Assembly (NCBI RefSeq): GCF_000008665.1
Contig: NC_000917.1
Location: 1,380,001-1,412,000 of the forward strand
Length of the DNA stretch: 32,000 nucleotides
Reading direction: 5' to 3'
Source: Archaeoglobus fulgidus DSM 4304
GTDB lineage: Archaea > Halobacteriota > Archaeoglobi > Archaeoglobales > Archaeoglobaceae
Positions 25,100 to 31,478 of the stretch are shown piece by piece. Position 1 is the stretch's first letter; the number at the start of each line of letters is the position of its first letter. A model generated the notes under the pieces. That model had not been told where the DNA came from, made no database searches, and saw nothing but the letters and a program-made list of their open reading frames with translations. Position numbers and translations under genes: made by a program.

Positions 25100-25774
25100 A
25101 TGGCCAAGAGGGGTGAGATAGACCCCTGGAACATCGACGTAGTTGACGTTACGGACAGATTTCTGAAAAGGATAGAGGATGCCAAAAAGCTTGATTTGAG
25201 AGTTTCAGGAAGAGTTTTGCTTTACGCTGCAATCCTCGTCAGGATGAAGGCCGAAGCAATAACACTTGAGGCTTTGGGTGGAGATGAGGAGGAAGAGCTT
25301 GAAATGTACGACTACGACTCTTTCTACTTTCTGGATGAGCCCCTTGAGTTTCCTGAGGAGGTTGACGAGGAGGAGCTTGACGAGGTTATCCTTGAAGCTC
25401 TCACCTCCATGAGGAGAAGGGTAAGGAAGATTACGACACTTAAAGACCTGATAGACGAGCTCAGGAGGGCAGAGGAGGTTGAGAGAAGGAGAAGGAGGAG
25501 AAGGAGGAGGGAGAGACAGGAGGAAGTTGGGATAGATGCAGCCTTAAGGGTTCCACACGAGGAAAGCCTTGAGGAGATGATTGCGAGAGTTGAGAGAGAG
25601 GTTTTTGAAGCTTTGAGGAAAAAGGATACGGTAACGCTTTTCTCTCTCGTTAAATCGTGGGATGTGCCAACCCTCGTGGACTATTACGTTTCCGTCTTGC
25701 ACCTGGCCTTCAGAAAGAAGGTGGAAATCAGGCAAGAGGAGTTTTATGGGGATGTCGAAATTCAGAAGTTTTGA
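25100..25774 (+). CDS. scpA: Segregation and condensation protein A (kleisin ScpA); true start probably upstream of this ATG
   Basis: GEIDPWNIDVVDVTDRFLKRIE...GRVLLYAAILVRMKAE is the ScpA N-domain, followed by an acidic linker and a C-terminal winged-helix region. The same frame is open back to 25031 and encodes the conserved SFEDPIEILIE segment (see findings). Confidence 0.85.
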   Translation: MAKRGEIDPWNIDVVDVTDRFLKRIEDAKKLDLRVSGRVLLYAAILVRMKAEAITLEALGGDEEEELEMYDYDSFYFLDEPLEFPEEVDEEELDEVILEALTSMRRRVRKITTLKDLIDELRRAEEVERRRRRRRRRERQEEVGIDAALRVPHEESLEEMIARVEREVFEALRKKDTVTLFSLVKSWDVPTLVDYYVSVLHLAFRKKVEIRQEEFYGDVEIQKF

Positions 25775-25935
25775 TGGCTATGGTGTTGATTGTTGTGCTT
25801 CAAAATTGTTTTAATAACTCGCAGAATTAAAGGCATGCTTTAAAAAGGCAATTTGTGTTTTCCCGACTGCGCTCTGGCTGATATTTTAAAATCAGGGATT
25901 CGTAGAGGAAACTTCCTTTTGTGATTTCGTATTAA

Positions 25936-25980
25936 CATTTAATATCATTTAATAAGTTTTAGTAAGTTTTAAGTAAGTAA
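25936..25980 (+). repeat. Two adjacent short tandem direct repeats: (CATTTAATA)x2 then (TAAGTTTTA)x2 plus TAAGTAA
   Basis: Read directly: catttaata-t-catttaata (25936-25954), then taagtttta-g-taagtttta-ag-taagtaa (25953-25980). The block ends about 17 nt upstream of ATG 25997. Confidence 0.7.
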
Positions 25981-25996
25981 TTGGCTACGGTGTCTT

Positions 25997-26401
25997 ATGA
26001 TGTCCGTCGGGATGCTTAGCTTCGAGAACGTCTTTTTTATTGCCTTTTCAGCTTACCTAGTCGTTATCCTTTTGATGACTGCCGTAAGCGTTTACTACCT
26101 GCTAAAAACTTTGAGGGGTGGCGATTTTGCTCTGCCCGATTCCGAACTCTTTAAAAAGGCAGGTAAGGTGGTGGGAAAGAGCTTCAAAGACAGGGGGCTA
26201 ACTCTTCACGACCTCCTGTGGGCCCTTGAACTCAGGGGCGCCGTTAAAATGGATTCCCAGAGTTCGAAATACTACTCAACTAGGCCTTTGAAGGTCAACC
26301 CCGAACATCTGGAGAGCTACATTTCGGCCTTCCTTATAGCAATGAACATCAGAAGCGACGTTACTGTGAAAAACGAATCTTTAATAATTTCTATTAACTA
26401 A
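25997..26401 (+). CDS. Hypothetical N-terminally membrane-anchored protein
   Basis: 134 aa. One TM helix (VFFIAFSAYLVVILLMTAVSVYYLL) followed by a soluble domain. No family recognised. Confidence 0.55.
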   Translation: MMSVGMLSFENVFFIAFSAYLVVILLMTAVSVYYLLKTLRGGDFALPDSELFKKAGKVVGKSFKDRGLTLHDLLWALELRGAVKMDSQSSKYYSTRPLKVNPEHLESYISAFLIAMNIRSDVTVKNESLIISIN

Positions 26402-26539
26402 TCATACCTTAGCCGCTTCGATTATGTTCATATAATATCGTTACATATTTTTTAGTAAAAGTTATATAGATTTCAATAGATAGGTGTAAACCAGCGTGGA
26501 AGCTGTGATGTGCGCGATAAATAGTGGAGGTTTGGTAAT

Positions 26540-27397
26540 ATGCTCGAAACGGCAGCTTGGTGGGTCTGGCCCGTAATACTGTTCGTCTTTACCTTCTTCT
26601 TGGGGATACTGGCAGTGATGGCAGGAGTGGGTGGAGGTGTGCTGTTCGTACCACTGGTAAGCGGCTTTTTCCCCTTTCATCTCGATTACGTCAGGGGAGC
26701 GGGGCTATTCGTAGCATTAACTGGAGCCTTAGCTGCAGGACCGGGATTGCTCAAAAGGGGGCTTGCAAACCTCCGCCTTGCTATGCCACTCGCACTGATT
26801 GCCTCCACGTGCTCCATTATCGGTGCTCTCATAGGACTGGCGTTGCCAACAAACATAACCCAAACCCTTCTGGGAATTACGATTCTCTTCATCTCCTTCG
26901 TGATGGTTACGAGCAAAAGAGTGGAGTTTCCAAAGGTTGAAAAGGCCGATAAGATATCGCAGATGCTCGGAATCTACGGAATCTACTACGAGGAGTCCAT
27001 GGGTAAGGAGATAGAGTGGAAAGTGCACAGAACCATTCCTTCAATGATTCTATTCGCTTTCATCGGTATTATTGCCGGTATGTTCGGTCTCGGAGCGGGA
27101 TGGGCCAACGTTCCAGTTCTCAACCTCTTCATGGGCACTCCGCTTAAAATTGCAGCAGGCACAAGTAAGTTTCTCCTTTCCATAACCGACACCTCTGCCG
27201 CATGGGTTTATCTAAACAACGGAAGTGTAATTCCGCTGATTACGATCCCCTCCTGCCTCGGAATAATGCTCGGTTCCTACGTTGGTGTCAGAGTTCTTGC
27301 AAAGGCGAGTCCAAAGATGATAAGGTCGATAGTTATAGCGGTGCTAATTTTCGCCGGGCTCAGGAGTTTGCTGAAGGGGCTTGGAATTTGGGCGTGA
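26540..27397 (+). CDS. TauE/SafE (DUF81) family anion-exporter-like membrane protein
   Basis: Two-fold repeat with Gly-rich motifs MAGVGGGVLFVPLV and GLGAGWANVPVLNL. SD tggaggt lies 8 nt upstream of the ATG. Confidence 0.85.
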   Translation: MLETAAWWVWPVILFVFTFFLGILAVMAGVGGGVLFVPLVSGFFPFHLDYVRGAGLFVALTGALAAGPGLLKRGLANLRLAMPLALIASTCSIIGALIGLALPTNITQTLLGITILFISFVMVTSKRVEFPKVEKADKISQMLGIYGIYYEESMGKEIEWKVHRTIPSMILFAFIGIIAGMFGLGAGWANVPVLNLFMGTPLKIAAGTSKFLLSITDTSAAWVYLNNGSVIPLITIPSCLGIMLGSYVGVRVLAKASPKMIRSIVIAVLIFAGLRSLLKGLGIWA

Positions 27398-27407
27398 GGT
27401 GGTTAAA

Positions 27408-27821
27408 ATGGATAGAGGGAGAAAGGTTCCGGAAGAGCAGATTATATACGCAGACATTCTCTACTACGGAGGGCTGATAGGAATAATATTTATGGCCATC
27501 ACCTTTGCCATCTACGTCTCAGGAACGCTACCGTCTCTGGTGAAGCCTGAGGAGCTGACGGAGCTATGGACTCACGACACGCACTACTACCTTGAAGAGA
27601 CTGGACTTCCAACTGGATGGGGATGGATTAACTACGTTACCTACGGGGATGTGCTGAACTTCGTTGCCCTCGCATTCCTTGCAATGATTACAATAATCTG
27701 CTATCTGGCCATAATTCCGGTTTTGCTGAAAAAGAAGGACATAATTTACACAATTCTGGCCATCGCAGAGGTAATAATACTGCTGCTTGCAGCAAGCGGC
27801 CTCCTGCAGGCCGGGCACTAA
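27408..27821 (+). CDS. Small integral membrane protein coupled to the TauE-like gene (possibly DUF1634-like)
   Basis: ATG 27408 is preceded by GAGGTGG, which overlaps the upstream stop. 3-4 TM helices. I prefer this start over the TTG 27381 in the ORF track. Confidence 0.65.
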   Translation: MDRGRKVPEEQIIYADILYYGGLIGIIFMAITFAIYVSGTLPSLVKPEELTELWTHDTHYYLEETGLPTGWGWINYVTYGDVLNFVALAFLAMITIICYLAIIPVLLKKKDIIYTILAIAEVIILLLAASGLLQAGH

Positions 27822-27822
27822 A

Positions 27823-27829
27823 TTTTTTT
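27823..27829 (+). terminator. T7 oligo-T terminator between convergent genes
   Basis: ttttttt begins 2 nt after TAA 27819-27821. Confidence 0.55.
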
Positions 27830-27852
27830 AAGTTTTGCATCCAACAACACAC

Positions 27853-28686
27853 TCAGTCAAGAGACCTCAACAAAAACTCCCTCTCCCTCTCAACGCAGAA
27901 CTCGAAAAGGCTGAGGTAAACGTCGAAGTGGTCGCCATTAACCCTCAGCACTTCTGAGTTTTTGGTCATCTCCGCTGCCTTCAATGCAGCCTCTGCCGGA
28001 GTAATCCCATCTCTCTCCGCAACAACATACAGAACGGGACATCTAATCCGCTCCACTCTCTCAACTGGCCTGTATCTCACAATGCTTAGAGCGATTCTTG
28101 CGGGAACAGCATTGAACCACTCCACACCTTCAGGAATGATGTAGCGGTACTTCTCAGCCTCGCGAGAGCTCATGAAGGCAAAACCTCCCTCAGGGGCGAA
28201 AATAGGAACGTAGTTAACTCTGCCGATGAAGGAGAGCAATTTGTCCACCATTCCTGAGAAAGTCAGCCTTAAGACGTTCTTTACCCCAGCTGCCCTTGCA
28301 ACAGCCAGACCATCAACGAAGGGGACCTGAGAGACGACTGCATCCACATCCACTTCTGAGGCAATCGTCAGAACGTGTCCACCGCTGAAGGAAGTTCCCC
28401 AAAGAGCAATTTTTTCGTAACCGAGACTTCTGGCGAATTCAATCGCATTCCTCCAGTCTTCAAGCTGCGTGTTTATGTCAATAAGCTGTCTCGGCCAACC
28501 TTCACTCTCCCCGAAAAAGCGGTAGTCGAATAGCAGAACTCCAAAATCCTCAGAGAATCTTTCCGCATAGGGAATGAGGGATTCCTTCACCGCCCCAAAA
28601 CCGTGCGCCATAACTACGCACTTCTCTCTGCCCTCGTAGTGTAGCGCCGCAACTTTCAAACCGCCAGACTCAAAGAAGAGATTCAT
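27853..28686 (-). CDS. Alpha/beta-fold hydrolase (dienelactone-hydrolase / S9-like)
   Basis: VVMAHGFGAVKE, nucleophile elbow LWGTSFSGGH, VVAERDGITP and GDHFDVY. I prefer ATG 28686 because aaaatttaaaataaaaa lies about 23 nt upstream. The alternative start at 28737 would overlap the regulator gene by 29 nt. Confidence 0.8.
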   Translation of the reverse strand: MNLFFESGGLKVAALHYEGREKCVVMAHGFGAVKESLIPYAERFSEDFGVLLFDYRFFGESEGWPRQLIDINTQLEDWRNAIEFARSLGYEKIALWGTSFSGGHVLTIASEVDVDAVVSQVPFVDGLAVARAAGVKNVLRLTFSGMVDKLLSFIGRVNYVPIFAPEGGFAFMSSREAEKYRYIIPEGVEWFNAVPARIALSIVRYRPVERVERIRCPVLYVVAERDGITPAEAALKAAEMTKNSEVLRVNGDHFDVYLSLFEFCVEREREFLLRSLD

Positions 28687-28708
28687 GAGATTTGTTGTGT
28701 TTTTTATT

Positions 28709-29356
28709 TTAAATTTTGTCGGTGCAGTGTAAACCATATTTTTTTCCGTCTTTAATGATTATTCCAAGCTCCTCCATTTCGCTTAAGTGGTAAAGAACCG
28801 TCTTGACACTCAGATTGAGCCTTCCAGCAATTTCTTTTGCCGTCATTCCCCCGTTCTCTTTCAGCAGATCCAAAATGTCTTTCTTTCTTCCCTTCAGTGA
28901 ATAAGAGGGTTCGAAAGGCATATCCGCAGGAAAAACGCATCTGCTTCCGCCATATCTGACAGTATTAACGAGCCCCTCGCCTTCAAGTTGCCTCAGGTAG
29001 TAGCGAAGGGTGCTCCTGTTCATCTCCAGAACTCTCTCAAGCTCGGTTATACTCATCCCCGGATTCTCTGCCACGGCGTTGAGGATTTGCAACCTCTTTG
29101 AGCTCAAAAACGACCTGAATTTTGCAATCACAACTGGCAAAAGCTTCCAGACCGCTATCAACCCGCCCAGAATGCCAAGAATGTACTGAACCTTAATCCA
29201 AAGCGGCAAATCCCAGAATGTGATGCGAATTTCGTTGGCATCATCTTCCTCAAGAATCTTCTGCAGTTTCTCGTCGCTGATGTTTACTGGCTGGTCGCTG
29301 AAGGCGGAAACAGGATAGGTTAGCAGGAGAAAAATTAGCAGAAGCTTAGCCCTCAT
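28709..29356 (-). CDS. Membrane-anchored transcriptional regulator with two cytoplasmic winged-helix (ArsR/MarR-like) modules
   Basis: Signal-peptide-like MRAKLLLIFLLLTYPVSA, an acidic segment of about 45 aa, the TM helix VQYILGILGGLIAVWKLLPVVIA followed by KFRSFLSSKR, then wHTH-1 (LQILNAVAENPGMSITELERVLEMNRSTLRYYLRQLEGEGLV) and wHTH-2 (ILDLLKENGGMTAKEIAGRLNLSVKTVLYHLSEMEELGII). Confidence 0.75.
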   Translation of the reverse strand: MRAKLLLIFLLLTYPVSAFSDQPVNISDEKLQKILEEDDANEIRITFWDLPLWIKVQYILGILGGLIAVWKLLPVVIAKFRSFLSSKRLQILNAVAENPGMSITELERVLEMNRSTLRYYLRQLEGEGLVNTVRYGGSRCVFPADMPFEPSYSLKGRKKDILDLLKENGGMTAKEIAGRLNLSVKTVLYHLSEMEELGIIIKDGKKYGLHCTDKI

Positions 29357-29385
29357 AAACCGCTAAGGAGTAACGCTGAACACCA

Positions 29386-29607
29386 TCAGCTGCCATCGGG
29401 AGAGTAAACGGTAAGAGTCAGGCTGTTGGAGGGGTTGTTCCACACCAGATAAACGTCAAAGGTGTGTGACGTAACGTAGGAGGTGTACCAGTGCGACTCT
29501 CCCTGCTTTATGTAGTCGTTCACGGTTTTGATGCCAATTTCTTTCGCTGCTGCTGCGTGCGTGAGAAGGAGTGCAAAAATCAAACCCAGACTCAAAACCA
29601 ACCTCAT
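29386..29607 (-). CDS. Small secreted protein (about 50-aa mature part, beta-sandwich-like), possibly truncated
   Basis: Signal peptide MRLVLSLGLIFALLLTHAAAA, then HWYTSYVTSHTFDVYLVWNNPSNSLTLTVYSPDGS*. TATA ttatatat (reverse strand, 29629-29636) lies about 25 nt upstream of the ATG. Confidence 0.5.
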   Translation of the reverse strand: MRLVLSLGLIFALLLTHAAAAKEIGIKTVNDYIKQGESHWYTSYVTSHTFDVYLVWNNPSNSLTLTVYSPDGS

Positions 29608-29674
29608 ACCCTAATTTGCAGCTTGCTAATATATAACTTTTCTGACCAAAGATTTAGAATATAATTCTGCTTAA

Positions 29675-29744
29675 ATATTCTCAAACTATGGTCAGAAACT
29701 ACATATAGCAATTGATGTATCGTTTTAATGGTGGTGGTAGCATG
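29675..29744 (+). repeat. Copy 1 of a ~70-bp promoter/leader direct repeat
   Basis: atattctcaaactatggtcagaaactacatatagcaattgatgtat is 46/46 identical to 31411-31456. This is followed by a c/t mismatch, 13/13 identical (gttttaatggtgg), a 3-nt versus 1-nt indel, then tagcatg. A weaker match, ataatt, extends upstream. Confidence 0.9.
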
Positions 29745-30506
29745 AAACATTCGATAATGGTGTGGGTATATGTTTGTTTAGCAGCATTCACTTTAGCAGG
29801 GAAAACACTGGCTTATGACGTGGGTGCAGCTGTAGCCTTCTCAGAAGACCCGGAGGACGTTTGGTTCAACAGTGTCAGCCAGTTCGTTGAGATAATATCG
29901 AGCGAACCAACTTGGGTACAACACTTCCTCAATGACTACCCGAACGTAGGACCTTATATGTGGACGGAAGAGGAGAAAGGTAATGACAATTTCTACGCCG
30001 ATTACACAGAACTATCCTTAGTTTTAGGGCATGGAGTTGTTGTGGTCTATCCTGATGGAACAAAAAAGAGTGCAATAGGCTTTGCAGACCGAGGATATGC
30101 ACTCCCAGATGATATTAGACTTGGGTATGCCAGCCCAGATGGATTTGGATACAGCGTGTGGACTTTCATAATCCAATGCAGTGTTCTGGGAGACGAATAT
30201 GTAGACGACTGGCTTCAAACTTTGCAAGGTGTTCATATGGTTTTAGGCTTTGCAAGCACTGCTACCATCAGTAATGCCGACTTTCCAGAATTAGCATATC
30301 GACTAACAGGCACAGGTGGTTATACCAGAGAAAAGGTCGAAAGTGCCTTTTTTAGTACGTTTCTTAAATCGGATGGCGTGCATGATGATAACAGGGCCAG
30401 AATTATAGCCGAAAACTCTGAAGTACTTGATAACGACTACTTAAACAGCTTTGAACGTGTGCCGGTTGATGGAAGCAAGATAATCGTTACTGGGTGGGTG
30501 GGGTGA
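29742..30506 (+). CDS. Secreted hypothetical protein with a caspase-like HG ... QC motif pair
   Basis: Signal peptide MKHSIMVWVYVCLAAFTLAGKTLA. The start is set at ATG 29742 by analogy with repeat copy 2, where the upstream frame is closed; the ORF track starts at TTG 29712. Motifs LSLVLGHG (His codon 30030-30032) and WTFIIQCSVLG (Cys codon 30177-30179). Confidence 0.7.
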   Translation: MKHSIMVWVYVCLAAFTLAGKTLAYDVGAAVAFSEDPEDVWFNSVSQFVEIISSEPTWVQHFLNDYPNVGPYMWTEEEKGNDNFYADYTELSLVLGHGVVVVYPDGTKKSAIGFADRGYALPDDIRLGYASPDGFGYSVWTFIIQCSVLGDEYVDDWLQTLQGVHMVLGFASTATISNADFPELAYRLTGTGGYTREKVESAFFSTFLKSDGVHDDNRARIIAENSEVLDNDYLNSFERVPVDGSKIIVTGWVG

Positions 30507-30510
30507 AAAA

Positions 30511-31398
30511 ATGAAAAAATACCTTGCGCTCGCTGCAATTGTGGCTATTTGCGCTCTGTGGCTCACCCAGAACAGCAACTTCGAAGCGGGGAAAACTTTC
30601 AAATTGTTCGATTCAGGAAAAACTGCGATACTCCGGCCAGTAATCTACTACAACCTGCCTAACGGAAGTGTAATCGAGGTCAGAGATAGTAATCCCTTTC
30701 CGTTTACCATCGAACTGGCGAGTGGTGGTTTAGGGATAAATGCACCTTCAAAATCATTGGAAGTTTACACCTACGAGACTTATAAAAAGCCGGAGGAGAT
30801 AAAGGTTATCGCAAAATCTTTTGGAGCATCTTTGGATAAGCTCTACTACAACGAAATTACGCATGCGTACCTCTACAACGATGAAAAGCTTAGCTTTGAA
30901 TACTACCCTAATACTGGGTATCTCAGAATTCTCTTCAAGAATTCAAGTCTGGAAAAGGCTTCAATTTTAAATGGGCTTCTAAACTACAGCTATCAGAAAA
31001 TCGAAAAGAACGGAGGAGTATTTTACGCAAGAAACTTTGACGGTTTATCATCTAACGTCGGTTTGCTTGTTAAATCCGATGAAAAGGGGATAAGAAGCAT
31101 TGAAGGAATACTGCTAAAAAGTGTAAAGCTTAAAGGAAAATACGAACTCATTCCAATTGACAGGATTCCAGAAATGCTCGAAAAAAGGGTTAAAGGTGAC
31201 CTTAAAGCGGACGACTGGTATTTAAGCAACATCGCCTTTACCAAACTAACACTAACGAATGTTTCTCTGATGTACACAATCACTCCTGACGGTATTCTTC
31301 CAGTCTACTGGTTTGAAGGAAAGTATGAGCTTGATTTTGAAGGAATAAAAGACTCAGGAACTGTGGAGGGGAGAATAGTGGCTGTTAGTGCTAATTAA
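30511..31398 (+). CDS. Secreted or membrane-anchored hypothetical protein
   Basis: Starts 4 nt after the preceding stop. N-terminal hydrophobic helix MKKYLALAAIVAICALWL. 295 aa, Asn/Lys/Tyr-rich. No family recognised. Confidence 0.65.
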   Translation: MKKYLALAAIVAICALWLTQNSNFEAGKTFKLFDSGKTAILRPVIYYNLPNGSVIEVRDSNPFPFTIELASGGLGINAPSKSLEVYTYETYKKPEEIKVIAKSFGASLDKLYYNEITHAYLYNDEKLSFEYYPNTGYLRILFKNSSLEKASILNGLLNYSYQKIEKNGGVFYARNFDGLSSNVGLLVKSDEKGIRSIEGILLKSVKLKGKYELIPIDRIPEMLEKRVKGDLKADDWYLSNIAFTKLTLTNVSLMYTITPDGILPVYWFEGKYELDFEGIKDSGTVEGRIVAVSAN

Positions 31399-31410
31399 GT
31401 TATAATTTTT

Positions 31411-31478
31411 ATATTCTCAAACTATGGTCAGAAACTACATATAGCAATTGATGTATTGTTTTAATGGTGGATAGCATG
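31411..31478 (+). repeat. Copy 2 of the ~70-bp promoter/leader direct repeat
   Basis: See copy 1. This copy ends at the ATG (31476) of the next signal-peptide gene. Confidence 0.9.
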
